Below are positions 29,149-39,758 of a stretch of 64,000 bases of DNA, one piece after another. Position 1 is the stretch's first letter, and the number at the start of each line of letters is the position of its first letter. Position numbers and translations under genes: made by a program. Source of the DNA: Acidobacteriota bacterium. GTDB taxonomy: Bacteria > Acidobacteriota > UBA6911 > RPQK01 > JAJDTT01. A model generated the notes under the pieces. That model had not been told where the DNA came from. It searched no databases and saw only the letters and a program-made list of their open reading frames with translations. The stretch lies in NCBI GenBank assembly GCA_965217775.1, contig CBDCJH010000002.1, forward strand, positions 5,088,001 to 5,152,000, in the 5' to 3' direction.

Positions 29149-32100
29149 TCAATACCAGCGATCGACGCGGCGGGTGTTCCACTCCTGCAGGTAGCGCTGG
29201 TGGGCCGGCGTGTCCGGATAACGCTCGTTCGGGGCGTACGGGAAACGGCTCATGCCGTGAAAAGGCAGCGGTCCTACGGTGTCCGGGGAGGCCGAATGGA
29301 GGTCCATGTCCTTGCCGAATCCATCCACATAGACCAGATAATCCCTCACCCATCCTTCGGGGGGAGCGGGAATTCGGTCCAGATCGAAGAAGGCCTCGAT
29401 CTCATCGCCGGCACGGGTGGTGACGAACATGTCGTCCCGTTTCAGCAGCAGCGGACTCACCTCGCCGAACCGGGTGTAGTTGCCGATGTGCGCCTTCCAG
29501 GGAGCCGTGGGAAGGATCCGGCTGCGGTCATAGGCCAGGAGGGGTTTCCCGATCCCGGCCGGATAGCCCAGGTGGTGAAGATCGGCTCGTTGGGAACTGA
29601 GCCGGAAGGTCCTGAAGTCGCGGCGGGTTGGACTCGCATCCACCAGAATTCGGTCCCAATGAATCCGCATGTTGGTGCGAATCCGGACCTTCCGGCTGTC
29701 GCTCGGGAACTTGCCCGAGAGATCGACGGTCATGGGCTTGGGAAGGCCCGCCGGAAAGCCCATGCGTTCGATGACGGTCACCCAATCGCCGCTCGAATCC
29801 TGAACCTGGAGGACCGGGGGACTCAGGCTCAGACCGGCCTGAGACGCCGCCAGGTTGCTGGTGCTGTCCGCATAGTCGATCCAGGCGTCGAGCAGGAGGC
29901 GCGTGTTCTCTCCCGAAACCGGGCCGAGATCCAGGATCAGCTCATGCGGTTCGGCATAGCCCTTGAAGGGCAGGTTTCGGAACAAGGCGGGGTATTTGCC
30001 GTCGAGTTTGCTGAGGGCGGACAGCAGATCTTGGCCCTTGCCGTCGGTGGCCGAAAGCGGCGGCCGCGGATCGGAGAAGGTCAAGAGTCGAAAGTTGGCG
30101 TAGGGAGGTCCCGGAAGCAGTTTCTCGTCCGGGTAGATCTCGTAGTCGTCCGGATGGTCCACCACCACCAGCTCGAGTTTGTCGAACAGGATCAACTCTT
30201 CCAACTGGTTGTTCAACGTGATCGCCAACCGCCCCTCTTTCAGCGCCACTTGGCCCCGGTTCAGCTTCACGTATTCGTCGGTGTCGGGATAGTTGAAGGT
30301 ACCCGGCGAGAGCAGGTAGCCGTAGGCGCTCCCTCCCAGGAAATCGGTCTGAAAGACGTAGCGCTCTCCGTTCCAGACGTAGAGGATGGGGCAACTCGTC
30401 CCCTTGCGGTCCAGCTCCTGGATCTCCAGAGCCTGGTTCACCTCCTGATTGAGTTCCGACTGCAGGACCCCGCCGGGCCACAATAGCCGGACGATGTCGA
30501 TCTCCGTTCGGCGGCCCAATCCGAAATGCAGGGTGGCTGCATTCTGGCTCAGGAAGCCGTAGCCTCCGCGCACCTCCTCTTTCTGGAGGAGGCGGCCGCT
30601 ACGAATCTCGACCTTGGTTCCGATGGCGCTCTGGTTGCTGTTGGTCCCGCGGGCGGTCACGGAGACCCAATTGTTGCGGTTGCCTCCCTGGTTCCGCAGC
30701 AACAGGGGACGATCTCCATTCACGTTGGCGACCAGGTCCAGGTCCCCATCCCCGTCGTAGTCCGCGGCGCTCACGCCGCGCACCGGGAGACCGCGGAACT
30801 CGTCCAGGCGCGCTTGCCGGCTCACGTCCTGGAAACGGCCCCGGTGATTGGCCAAGAGGTGAAAATTGCGTCGCGGCTCCTCCCAGCTCGAGTCGAACAG
30901 GGGAGCCGCCACGATCAGAAGGTCACGGTCGCCGTCGTTGTCGAAGTCCAGAAGATGAGCCGTATGCGCATGGCCCGGCGCTTCCCAGTCCCGGGGCATC
31001 CAGTCTTGGCGGCGAGCGTACCGGAGGTTCCTGGCCTGCTGGGTCCGGAGGCTGAAGTCGGATCCGGTCAGTGTGGGGAGTACCAAGTCCAGGAAGCCCC
31101 GGTGCGCCAAATCTCCGATTCCGACGCCGACGCCCTCACCGTCGCCGGAGACTCCGGCGGCTTCGGCCAGGTCCACGAAGGTTCCGTCCCGCTGATTGCT
31201 GAAGAGCTGGTTCGGCGCGCCCCGATTGACGAAATAGAAATCGATGTCCCTTCGGTTGTCGAAGTCCGTGCAGACGGAAGACCAGGTCTGCCGGTGCTCC
31301 CCGGCCAGGCCGGAGGATTCGCTGACGTCGGTGAAGGTCCCGTCGGAGTTGTTGCGAAAAAGGGAGTTGATCGCTCCCGGAAAATCCTGGGGAAAACGGG
31401 TCCCGGCCGCGACCCTTTCGGGCCGGCCCGTGAGGTTGGTGACCAGGAGGTCCAGGTCCCCGTCGTGGTCGTAGTCGACGAACGCTCCTCCGCTCCCCCA
31501 GGCGGGGTCGCCGACTCCCGCCTGCTCCGTGACTTCCACAAAGCGCCCGTTCCCTTCATTCCTGTAGAGGACGTTGGGTCCGTAGTTGATGAGGTAGAGG
31601 TCCAGGTCCCGGTCGTTGTCGTAGTCTCCCCAGATGCCGTGCATGGTCCGGCCCTTCCGGTCGAGCCCCGATTCCCCGGTCGTCTCCTGAAAGGTGCCGT
31701 CTCCTTGATTTCGGAAGAGTGAACTCCGGCTTCCTCCGGGCCCGGCGTTGGACAGGAACAGGTCCACATGACCATCTCCATCGTAATCGCCAAAGGAGCT
31801 TCCCGATCCGACCCAAGGGACCAGATGGTCCTCCAACTCCCGGACCGAGGACACCTCCGGATCGACCGTCCCGGGGCCCGCATGTCGAAAGCTCAGGCCC
31901 GCGGCGTCACCGTCCTCTTGGAATCGAACCGCAAACTCTTCCCGGTCCTGAATGGAAGGCTGTGGCAGGTAGTCGTCAAGATCCTCCAGCACCAGGGCGT
32001 AGCGTCCTTGCTCCAGATATTGGAGTCCCAGAGTCGTGGCGCCGAACATCCCCTGGAGAGTTCGAAACCGCTCCATCTCCTGTCGGCCTTCTTCCCCCTG

Positions 32101-32649
32101 GCCGCTTCGGGTCAGGGCGATGGCCAGATTGTAGTGGGCCGAAGCGTTGTACGGCTCCAAGGAGAGGACTTTCCGAAAGTGGCCGATGGCTTGCTCGTAA
32201 CGTCTTGCGCGCGAGCTCAGCAGTCCCAGGTAGTACTGCGTCGAAGGGTCCTGGGGATCCTGCCGGGCGACCCGGCCGAAGGCCTCTGCCGCCTTCGCGG
32301 CCTGATCCTGGTTCCGATAGATGAGACCCATCATGTAGTGGGACTGGATCTGCTCCGGATCCAATTCCAAGGCCTTCCGGAAGGATCGGGCCGCCTCCTC
32401 GTGGAGTTGCTGATTGAACAGCGCGACTCCCAGGTTCACATGCCCGGGCACGAAATTCGCGTCCAGTTCCAGAAGCCGAGAAAATTCCGAGGCGGCGGCC
32501 TTGTAGTCGAGCTGTTCCATGAAGGCCACGCCCCGGCTGTTGAGCCGCAGGAGTTCCCTCACTTCAACCGAATCGCTCCGGGGGGGCAACCCGAAGATGG
32601 TCCAAAGGGCGGCAGCGGCGAGGAAGGGAGTCAGAAGCAGACGAACCAT
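29149..32649 (-). CDS. TPR + FG-GAP/VCBS + ASPIC/UnbV (CRTAC1-like) protein
   Basis: N-terminal TPRs, repeated DYDxDGDxDL, LHFGLG, SCPILYVWNG. Confidence 0.9.
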   Translation of the reverse strand: MVRLLLTPFLAAAALWTIFGLPPRSDSVEVRELLRLNSRGVAFMEQLDYKAAASEFSRLLELDANFVPGHVNLGVALFNQQLHEEAARSFRKALELDPEQIQSHYMMGLIYRNQDQAAKAAEAFGRVARQDPQDPSTQYYLGLLSSRARRYEQAIGHFRKVLSLEPYNASAHYNLAIALTRSGQGEEGRQEMERFRTLQGMFGATTLGLQYLEQGRYALVLEDLDDYLPQPSIQDREEFAVRFQEDGDAAGLSFRHAGPGTVDPEVSSVRELEDHLVPWVGSGSSFGDYDGDGHVDLFLSNAGPGGSRSSLFRNQGDGTFQETTGESGLDRKGRTMHGIWGDYDNDRDLDLYLINYGPNVLYRNEGNGRFVEVTEQAGVGDPAWGSGGAFVDYDHDGDLDLLVTNLTGRPERVAAGTRFPQDFPGAINSLFRNNSDGTFTDVSESSGLAGEHRQTWSSVCTDFDNRRDIDFYFVNRGAPNQLFSNQRDGTFVDLAEAAGVSGDGEGVGVGIGDLAHRGFLDLVLPTLTGSDFSLRTQQARNLRYARRQDWMPRDWEAPGHAHTAHLLDFDNDGDRDLLIVAAPLFDSSWEEPRRNFHLLANHRGRFQDVSRQARLDEFRGLPVRGVSAADYDGDGDLDLVANVNGDRPLLLRNQGGNRNNWVSVTARGTNSNQSAIGTKVEIRSGRLLQKEEVRGGYGFLSQNAATLHFGLGRRTEIDIVRLLWPGGVLQSELNQEVNQALEIQELDRKGTSCPILYVWNGERYVFQTDFLGGSAYGYLLSPGTFNYPDTDEYVKLNRGQVALKEGRLAITLNNQLEELILFDKLELVVVDHPDDYEIYPDEKLLPGPPYANFRLLTFSDPRPPLSATDGKGQDLLSALSKLDGKYPALFRNLPFKGYAEPHELILDLGPVSGENTRLLLDAWIDYADSTSNLAASQAGLSLSPPVLQVQDSSGDWVTVIERMGFPAGLPKPMTVDLSGKFPSDSRKVRIRTNMRIHWDRILVDASPTRRDFRTFRLSSQRADLHHLGYPAGIGKPLLAYDRSRILPTAPWKAHIGNYTRFGEVSPLLLKRDDMFVTTRAGDEIEAFFDLDRIPAPPEGWVRDYLVYVDGFGKDMDLHSASPDTVGPLPFHGMSRFPYAPNERYPDTPAHQRYLQEWNTRRVDRWY

Positions 32650-32652
32650 GGC

Positions 32653-33306
32653 TCAAGACCGACCGTGGAAGGCAAAGATGTACTCCTTGAAACCGTTTCG
32701 AAGCCTGAAGGAACTGAAAAGCCGGAAGTGGGGCATCATCCGGTTCAGGTCCGCCCGGTGGTATCGAGGGGACGTGCGCAGCAATGAGGAGAGGTACTCG
32801 TAGCGGAGCCGCTCCGAATCGATGACCTGGAATCGGATCGGTCTCTCCGGAATGTACCGGTTTGTGGAAATCATGGAGAACAGCAGCGTCCCCGGATGGC
32901 AAAAGCGGTCCAGGTGTTTGATCAGGCCGGAAATCTCAAGCTTTTCCAGGTAGTTGAACAGATCCCAACCCAGGATCAGGTCGAACCGCATTTCCTCGCT
33001 GTAGGGAAATAGATAGCGGTAGACTGCGTCATAGGAACGGGGCTCACGGGGATCGAAGAAGTCGAAGGAGGACAAGGTCTCGTAGAGGTCTTCGATTTCG
33101 ATGTGCAGGGAGCGAACGCACTGGGACAGCAATTGGAAATTCGAGGCGGAAGCCGACCCCAGGTCCAGAACGCTCAGTTTCCGCCGGCCCCGTACCTGAT
33201 TGTAGGCGATGTTGAAGCCGACGGAGGTATGGACTTCGGCTTCCGGCAGAGTCGGTTCCGGAGCGAGTCTGGGCTCAGGATTGCGGAGAAGGGACCACCG
33301 CATCAC
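32653..33306 (-). CDS. Class I SAM-dependent methyltransferase-like protein
   Basis: VLDLGSAS, FDLILGWDLFNYL. Confidence 0.7.
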   Translation of the reverse strand: MMRWSLLRNPEPRLAPEPTLPEAEVHTSVGFNIAYNQVRGRRKLSVLDLGSASASNFQLLSQCVRSLHIEIEDLYETLSSFDFFDPREPRSYDAVYRYLFPYSEEMRFDLILGWDLFNYLEKLEISGLIKHLDRFCHPGTLLFSMISTNRYIPERPIRFQVIDSERLRYEYLSSLLRTSPRYHRADLNRMMPHFRLFSSFRLRNGFKEYIFAFHGRS

Positions 33307-33878
33307 GCCTTTGGAAAGGGCGACGTGGTCTGGGCGGAGATGACGGGCTCGGATACGACTCTCGGTGAAGCCGGCGCAGCATCCACCATCGAGTCTGCGC
33401 CGCGGGATTCTCCACCATCTCCTGACGACTCCTGGTAGTCGTCATTGTCGCCCATGTCAATGCTGCCCTTGAACCTGCAGCCCTCTTCGAGAACGACCTG
33501 GGGAGCGATGAGATTTCCCCGGACACTTCCAGTTCCACGCAGGACGATCTTCTCTTCACCCTGAATGGTCCCTTCAACGTAGCCCTCGATGCTGATCAAC
33601 TTGGCGAACATGTCGGCCTTGATCCGTCCTTCCCGGCCCACGGTGAGACTCTGGTTGGCAAGCGACAACTTTCCTTCAATCCGTCCATTGACCAACAGGT
33701 CCTGGGCTCCACTCACCTCCCCGTGGATGACGATGGCCGTCCCGATGACGGCCCGTTCCTTCAGCCGTTCGACGGGATCCCGTTGGATTGGGTTTCGTGG
33801 GACAGTCCCCGGTTGAATCGGGTCCATGGCAGGAATAGAAGGTTCAGGCGAATCTTTTTTCCACATGTTTTGCTCCAC
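33303..33878 (-). CDS. Bactofilin (polymer-forming cytoskeletal protein)
   Basis: Beta-helix pattern AVIG..IVIHGEV...VRGNLIA..VVLEEGCRFKGSIDM. Confidence 0.92.
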   Translation of the reverse strand: MEQNMWKKDSPEPSIPAMDPIQPGTVPRNPIQRDPVERLKERAVIGTAIVIHGEVSGAQDLLVNGRIEGKLSLANQSLTVGREGRIKADMFAKLISIEGYVEGTIQGEEKIVLRGTGSVRGNLIAPQVVLEEGCRFKGSIDMGDNDDYQESSGDGGESRGADSMVDAAPASPRVVSEPVISAQTTSPFPKA

Positions 33879-33964
33879 AGATGACTAGCTATCTCTTTTA
33901 TAGGCTATTACCTCGCAAGTCAACAGGGCCGGGGCGGTAGTTCCATCGATCGGAGGGCGTTACA

Positions 33965-34441
33965 ATGCCGAAAAATCGGTCCATGAAGTCGGTTGAAGGA
34001 AGAGTTCGTAATCTGACGGGGGAATTCTTCGCTTATTATCCGGATTATCGGCTGTGCTACACCTTGGCCGTCAACGTCGAGAATGGCGTGACCAGCTACG
34101 GGGATGCGCTGTCCGCCATGTCCGGCAAGGCGCGTGCCGCCGAGTTGAATCGTGAGGCCATCGAAGAGAAGCTGAACCTCCGCAGTGTCGGCGTCCGGGG
34201 TCGAACAGTGCGAATCAGCGAACTTTCCCTGGGGGAGATCCTGCGCCTGGATCTCGACACTTGCCGGACCGTGGTGGACTTCTACTTCAAGCATCCCTAT
34301 GCCCACGGCCGGACCAGAAAGTCGCGATGGTGGCCGAGGTGGTTTCGGACTCTCTTTCTATCGACCATTCTGGGACACGCCAAGAGACATGGAATCGACC
34401 TGGACTACGGAAGCTGCTTCGAGATACTGAAGCTGTTGTGA
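33965..34441 (+). CDS. Hypothetical protein
   Basis: 158-aa ORF with GGAGG upstream; no motif recognised. Confidence 0.65.
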   Translation: MPKNRSMKSVEGRVRNLTGEFFAYYPDYRLCYTLAVNVENGVTSYGDALSAMSGKARAAELNREAIEEKLNLRSVGVRGRTVRISELSLGEILRLDLDTCRTVVDFYFKHPYAHGRTRKSRWWPRWFRTLFLSTILGHAKRHGIDLDYGSCFEILKLL

Positions 34442-34460
34442 CGGTTGGGAGTAGAGACAG

Positions 34461-34769
34461 GTGAAGAAGAGTCGAGCGGCCATTCTGCTGCTGCCGTTCA
34501 TCTTTCTGGGGGCACTCTTCGTCCTCAGATCCTACCGGGTGGATCTGGTCCACACCGTAGTTTTGGAGGGCCTCGTGGAACGAGCGCCGGAAGCATATCC
34601 TCGCGAGCGGATCATCGATGCCTTCGAGGAAGCACGCCGCCGGGCTCGGGAAACAGACCAGGCCGAGATCTATCTGGGGCGGTTGTTCAGGATTTCCCAC
34701 CGCCTGGAAAAGGTCCAGCACATAGACGACGAACAGGTGGCTCAGATGTTGCAAATCCTGGAAGAATGA
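34461..34769 (+). CDS. Hypothetical membrane-anchored protein
   Basis: N-terminal hydrophobic segment followed by a helical domain. Confidence 0.6.
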   Translation: MKKSRAAILLLPFIFLGALFVLRSYRVDLVHTVVLEGLVERAPEAYPRERIIDAFEEARRRARETDQAEIYLGRLFRISHRLEKVQHIDDEQVAQMLQILEE

Positions 34770-34926
34770 AGGGCTCTCCCCTTGGCCGGTGCCGGGCGAA
34801 GTCCGGTAGAAACTGCCCCTCGATTCAGACTGGTTCGGGCGTACCGGGCAAGATCGTTTTCCGTTTACTTCCTCGCTGGGAGGGGACATGCTCGTCCTCC
34901 AGTCCTGCTCGTCCTCCGGCTCCACC

Positions 34927-34956
34927 GGAGTTCGGCGGCTGGAAACCGCCGCTCCC
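34927..34956. repeat. REP, GGAG family
   Basis: ggagttcggcggctggaaaccgccgctcc, matching copies near 16075 and 62673. Confidence 0.75.
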
Positions 34957-35003
34957 CCCACGCACCCCTTTTCGTTCCCCCTCGTCTGCTAGTATCTATA
35001 ACC

Positions 35004-35807
35004 GTGTTGTGTCCACGTTGCCGTACCCGGAGCCGTGGGAACATCTGCTCCAAATGCGGCTGGACCGCCGAAGCGCGACAGCGGTCCATTTTGTTTCAAT
35101 CCGGGTCCGTCCATTCATCCCGGGGCAGGACCACCCGTGACGTGCCCGCCGGCCACGGGACCGGGGGTGGATCCGTCCAGGAAAACCCCCCGGGTTTCCA
35201 GCGTGCAAGAGTCCGCCAGGGCGACAACAGAAGGGTCATTCGAGTCGCGGGGAGGCCGCGAACCGGAAATCCGCCCAGGATCCATCGCCAGCAGAAACTG
35301 AAGCTGGAGACTCTGCCTCCCGCCCCCCGGGCAGTAAAGGCGCCCGAGCCCGCAGTCACGGTGACCAGCCTGCCGAGGGAGATCCTCCTGTCGCGGATTC
35401 TGGCCGCAATTCTGGACCTCTCGTTGGCGGGCTTGATCGGTTTTTTCTTCTGTTTCCTGGCTTATTGGGCCCTGAATCTGGATTTCTTCTCTCTTGAATC
35501 GCTACGACTCGGAGTCGGCTCCACCAGCGGTTTCTATGTCTTCAATTCCTTCTTCTTTCTCCTGGGAGCCGGGCAAACGCCTGGAATGTATTTCACGCGG
35601 CTGAGACTGGAGAGCGAGAAACAGCAGGAGTCCATACCCGTGTGGGCCGTCGCACTGTGGATTTTCCTCTACCCTCTGGCCACGTTGACTCTGGTGGGGC
35701 TCCTTTGGGGTCTGATCGATCCCTGGAGGCGCTGCATACACGATCGTATAAGCGGTATCCGAGTGGTTTCGTTTGTCGATCCGGTCAGCGCTCCGCTTCC
35801 CGAATGA
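35004..35807 (+). CDS. RDD family protein with N-terminal zinc ribbon
   Basis: CPRC...CSKC; RILAAILD, GQTPG, IHDRISG; start approximate. Confidence 0.85.
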   Translation: MLCPRCRTRSRGNICSKCGWTAEARQRSILFQSGSVHSSRGRTTRDVPAGHGTGGGSVQENPPGFQRARVRQGDNRRVIRVAGRPRTGNPPRIHRQQKLKLETLPPAPRAVKAPEPAVTVTSLPREILLSRILAAILDLSLAGLIGFFFCFLAYWALNLDFFSLESLRLGVGSTSGFYVFNSFFFLLGAGQTPGMYFTRLRLESEKQQESIPVWAVALWIFLYPLATLTLVGLLWGLIDPWRRCIHDRISGIRVVSFVDPVSAPLPE

Positions 35808-36243
35808 ACTGATTCACCAGCGTCCGCAGGCGGGGACGGCAGCGGTACTCCACATCCGGGTCGGAAAGAAAGACCTCGACAATGACGACCATGGCCGGAA
35901 TCGGATCCTCCGATTCCGCGTCCGAAAACGGTTTGGAAGTCAGAATATCCAAGGCCTGACAGAAGTCGCTCCGTTGTAGAAACCTCTGCAGAGGAAACTG
36001 TTTCAGAACCAGAGCCAGGATTCTGCAGAATGCCGGGAACCGTTTCTCGTAGAGCAGGAGGGGGACCAGGTGATGGCTGTCCTCCAGCGGTTCGCCGGCA
36101 CGGGTGGAATCGAGCAGGCGTTGGAGTTCACCGGATGAAGCGGCGGAACGGCGCCGGCCAATGAAAAGGAAGATTCCCAGCGCGATCAGGGTCAGGGCGA
36201 AGATGAGGAGCAGGACGGGGTAGCTGAGAAGCGCCTGTTGCAC
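35785..36243 (-). CDS. Hypothetical protein with N-terminal TM
   Basis: 152-aa ORF with GTG start. Confidence 0.6.
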   Translation of the reverse strand: MQQALLSYPVLLLIFALTLIALGIFLFIGRRRSAASSGELQRLLDSTRAGEPLEDSHHLVPLLLYEKRFPAFCRILALVLKQFPLQRFLQRSDFCQALDILTSKPFSDAESEDPIPAMVVIVEVFLSDPDVEYRCRPRLRTLVNQFIREAER

Positions 36244-36278
36244 GTTTCATCCGCCAAGCCGGCATCGCCCGGTGCTAG

Positions 36279-36408
36279 CCCGCATTTCTCACCAGCGGGC
36301 GCGCGCCCAGCGCAGTCTGTCCCGGAGAAACCTTGGCAAAATCCGCGTAAATGCTCAAAAACAGATTATTTTTCATTCTACGCGTAGCGAGCTGGTGAGA
36401 ATTGCGGG
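36279..36408. mobile_element. MITE family C, 130 bp, 18-bp TIR CCCGCAWTTCTCACCAGC, CTAG flanks
   Basis: ctag|cccgcatttctcaccagc ... gctggtgagaattgcggg|ctag with an AT-rich core. Confidence 0.78.
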
Positions 36409-36425
36409 CTAGGAGCCTGATGTTC

Positions 36426-38366
36426 TTATTCTACCGGATTGTGGATGAGATGGATTCCCTCGGAGAGGGTGCCGGCGAGAAGCTCTCCCGAAGTGGACAG
36501 ATGCAGGGTCGTGATGCGTGGTCCGGAGCTGCCTCGATCGAAAGTGTGCCAGCTTTGGCCCCCGTCAGGACTGGCATAAAGGTGTCCCAGCAGGGAGTCG
36601 CTGGCGAAGACTCGGGTATTCCGTCCGCGGGCGCCGGCCGAAAGGGCCGCAATGTCCAGAGGCTGAATACCCCCGGCCCGTACCCATTCGTCTCCGTTTT
36701 CGTTGCTGACGAAGACGCCTTTGCCCGTTCCACAAAAAAGGCGCGGTCCTGACCGGCCTACGACGTTCACCCGGACCGCCGGGAGCCCCGGGGGTGGAAG
36801 CAGCCAGATCTCACCGCCGTCGCGCGATCGAAACATTCCAGAGTCGGTCCCGGCAAACAGGGTCGCCGTGGGCAAGTCATACAATACGGTCTGCACTCCG
36901 CCGATATCGCCTGAAATCTCCTTCTTTTCCAGCTCTCCGGTTTCCAGGTCCAAATGGAAGACCCCCTGCGGTGTGGCCAGGAAGAGGCCCGTTTCCTTCC
37001 GGTTCGAAAAGGACAAATCGAGGACGGGCAGCTTGGAGATCTCCCCGACCGGCTGCCATGGAGCCTCGTCGGGAACCCCCACGAACAGGCCTGTCCCTGT
37101 CCCCAGGTACACCTTGGAGGAGAGGCGCGAGGGACGGATCGCCCGGATCGAGTCCGCGCTCCCGTCCAGACCGTCGTTGAACGAACTCCACTTCCAACTT
37201 CTTCCTTTCAGGGTGAAGAATCCGCCGTGACCCCGGTCCAGGACGACGCTGGCGTAATAGACGTGGGAGCGGCGTGGATCGGGCTCCAGAGCGCCGATCT
37301 GGCGGTGGACGAATCCTCGGTTTGAAGGGGAGAAGCTGGCACCCCCATCGTCGGAGCGGAGGATGCCTGCGTCGTCGGAACCGACCAGAATCACCGAAGG
37401 TCGGTTGGGATGCACGACCACGGCGTTCACGACGACCCCGGAGGTCAACTGCTTCCAGGATCTGCCGGCGTCTCTGGTGACGAACAGGCCCTTGGTCGTT
37501 CCGGCGTAAAGGGTTGCCGGGTCGGAGGGATCCATCTGGAGCGCACGGGTTCGCCTCGCCTCCTTGGGCAGTCCGTTCTTCAACCTGGACCACTTCTCAC
37601 CGCCATTGTCCGACTTGTAGATTCCGGAGCAGGCGCCGGCGTAAATCGTGTCCGGCTTGCCGGGTTCCACGACCATGGAAAACAGGTCGCTGTCATCGGC
37701 CATCCCCTTGTGGATCGGGATCCACTTGCGGCCCAGGTTGGCGGTCTTCCACGCCAAGTGGAAGGTTCCCACGTAGAGAGTCGGCGGGTTCTGGTCATCG
37801 AAGGCCAGGGAGTCGACGTTGTAGAGACTCCTGTATCCGCGCGTGATCCGGTCCCAGGTCTTGCCTCGGTCGCGGCTCAGCAGGACACCCTCGGAGATCC
37901 CGATGGCGATGATGGAAGGGTCCGACGGCGCAATGGCCATGGCCCGGATGGTGCTGTCATAACGACCCAGGGCGATAGGCTCCCATCCCGAGCCCCCGCT
38001 GCGGGTTCGGAACAATTGTCCCCGGTCGGCTTTCAGTTCCCAGGTGGCGGCATAGAGGGCGCCCGAATCCGAGGGGTCGAAGGCCAGGTTGTCCACCACG
38101 AGGTCCCTGCGCCCCAATCCGGGATCGATTCGAGACCAGTCCAGTCCCGTGTTCCGAGAGACGTAGATCTGACCGTCGCTGGTGCCCAGATAGAAGGTGT
38201 CAGGTTTTTGGGGATGGACGGCCAGAGAACGCACGTCTCCCCCGAAGGGACCCAGAACCCGGGAATCCGCGTTGGCTGCGAGGGGAAGATCGACCAACAA
38301 CAGGGTGAGCCAGCAGAGTAGAGCCTTCCGGCAGTACTCCCGCCAAATCGTCTTGGCCTCCTTCAT
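36426..38366 (-). CDS. Secreted BNR/Asp-box beta-propeller protein (YCF48/Vps10-like)
   Basis: Signal peptide; many S-x-D-G-G-x-x-W repeats. Confidence 0.88.
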   Translation of the reverse strand: MKEAKTIWREYCRKALLCWLTLLLVDLPLAANADSRVLGPFGGDVRSLAVHPQKPDTFYLGTSDGQIYVSRNTGLDWSRIDPGLGRRDLVVDNLAFDPSDSGALYAATWELKADRGQLFRTRSGGSGWEPIALGRYDSTIRAMAIAPSDPSIIAIGISEGVLLSRDRGKTWDRITRGYRSLYNVDSLAFDDQNPPTLYVGTFHLAWKTANLGRKWIPIHKGMADDSDLFSMVVEPGKPDTIYAGACSGIYKSDNGGEKWSRLKNGLPKEARRTRALQMDPSDPATLYAGTTKGLFVTRDAGRSWKQLTSGVVVNAVVVHPNRPSVILVGSDDAGILRSDDGGASFSPSNRGFVHRQIGALEPDPRRSHVYYASVVLDRGHGGFFTLKGRSWKWSSFNDGLDGSADSIRAIRPSRLSSKVYLGTGTGLFVGVPDEAPWQPVGEISKLPVLDLSFSNRKETGLFLATPQGVFHLDLETGELEKKEISGDIGGVQTVLYDLPTATLFAGTDSGMFRSRDGGEIWLLPPPGLPAVRVNVVGRSGPRLFCGTGKGVFVSNENGDEWVRAGGIQPLDIAALSAGARGRNTRVFASDSLLGHLYASPDGGQSWHTFDRGSSGPRITTLHLSTSGELLAGTLSEGIHLIHNPVE

Positions 38367-38395
38367 CGTGCGTATTCTACTCCGTTCGTCACCAG

Positions 38396-38427
38396 CAGTC
38401 CGTGGTGAAAGTCCCGCGAGCACCGAG
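38396..38427. mobile_element. MITE family B end remnant
   Basis: cagtccgtggtgaaagtcccgcgagcaccgag differs by one base from the 63463 end. Confidence 0.7.
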
Positions 38428-38481
38428 CAGTCGTCGAGCGGGTCGTGATGGACGGAAACATTGCCCGGACATCCTCTCCGC

Positions 38482-39690
38482 TCAATTCCCACTCCTCAAC
38501 TCTCTCTCCACGCGGATCTCCACCGTACAGGTGGAGGTGCTCTCCGAATCGCTCAGTTCCACAGCGAGGGTGTAGACGCCTTCTTCCAGTCCGGTGGAGT
38601 CGAATCGGGCCGAATCGCCCTGCAGCGATACGGCGCCCCCGCTGGCAATCCAGGCAATACTCAGGACGTTGTCGTCCGGATCCATGGCATGGACCTGTAT
38701 TTTGGCCGATTTCCCTGACTTGACCGTCTGGCGACCCGGACGGCAGCGGATGAAGGGAGGACGGTTGATCTTACTCTGGATGACCCACTGAGCTGTCCAT
38801 CCGTGTCTTCCGGCGTCCGGCACCCCGAGCCGGCCAGGTCCCGCGCGGTTGAGGTTCAGACTGTACCCGGCCGAGAGTTGGAACCAGCGCCGGGAGAGGA
38901 GTGTCATCCCGAGGTGCAGTTCAAGAGGTGACTCGAATCCGGAACCGCCGAAGCGGGTGCCGACCAACTCGGCCACGAAGGTGGTCTCTCGACCCAACGG
39001 AAAGTCCAGACCCAGGCCGTAGTCGAACTGGTGTCCGGGGTTCGATTCCGGTCCGTCGCCGGAGTAGAGGAAGCCTCCGTTGATGGTGAGTCTCAAGGAG
39101 GTGGAGATCTGACGCGAGAGGAGAACATCCAGGCCCAGGCCGGATCGGTCCGGAGTCAGTTCGGGGAAGGCGGATGGGAATCCGGTCGCAGTGGAGACTC
39201 GCACCTTGGGCTGGAGAGCAAGACCTATGGGATGTCCGTGGCTGGGTGACCACAGATTCAGCTTCAGGCCGGCCCGGAGGGCCCCGGAAAACGCCGCGGG
39301 CGAAAGGCCCGGAAGGGTGGAATGGTTGGACAGAATGAACCGGTTGCCGGAGAGCCCGCTCTCGTCGAGGGCTCCCATTCGAGTCGTGCCCAACCAACTC
39401 CGAGCCTCCCAGGAGAGGAAGCCTTCCAAGTAGTCGCGGAGTCCCAACGTGAAGGAGACGGGGAAGTGGGTGATTCTGGCTTGCCCGGACCTTCTGTGAA
39501 ACCGGGCGTGATGGAGCCCCAGGCTGAATTCACCGGTTCGCAGAGTGTCGGGGGTAGCCAGGTTGAAGAGTCCGGTCGACCCCTTCCAACTGGGACGTAA
39601 CTGCTTGATCCTGTTGTGTCCGGCGGCGTCTGCGGTATTGGGAAGCAGGATCACGAAGCCCAAAACTGCCAGCGTGACGCGTCTATCCAT
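38482..39690 (-). CDS. Outer-membrane beta-barrel-like protein with C-terminal Ig/PKD-like domain
   Basis: Signal peptide; GSTGLF..ATPDTL; NRPP...DPDDNVL..W.ASGG. Confidence 0.65.
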   Translation of the reverse strand: MDRRVTLAVLGFVILLPNTADAAGHNRIKQLRPSWKGSTGLFNLATPDTLRTGEFSLGLHHARFHRRSGQARITHFPVSFTLGLRDYLEGFLSWEARSWLGTTRMGALDESGLSGNRFILSNHSTLPGLSPAAFSGALRAGLKLNLWSPSHGHPIGLALQPKVRVSTATGFPSAFPELTPDRSGLGLDVLLSRQISTSLRLTINGGFLYSGDGPESNPGHQFDYGLGLDFPLGRETTFVAELVGTRFGGSGFESPLELHLGMTLLSRRWFQLSAGYSLNLNRAGPGRLGVPDAGRHGWTAQWVIQSKINRPPFIRCRPGRQTVKSGKSAKIQVHAMDPDDNVLSIAWIASGGAVSLQGDSARFDSTGLEEGVYTLAVELSDSESTSTCTVEIRVERELRSGN

Positions 39691-39758
39691 GCCTGCAACA
39701 GTCGATCGGGACGCCTCCCTGGCGCTCCGGAATCGGTGGGGCCGACGAGTCCGGGCTG

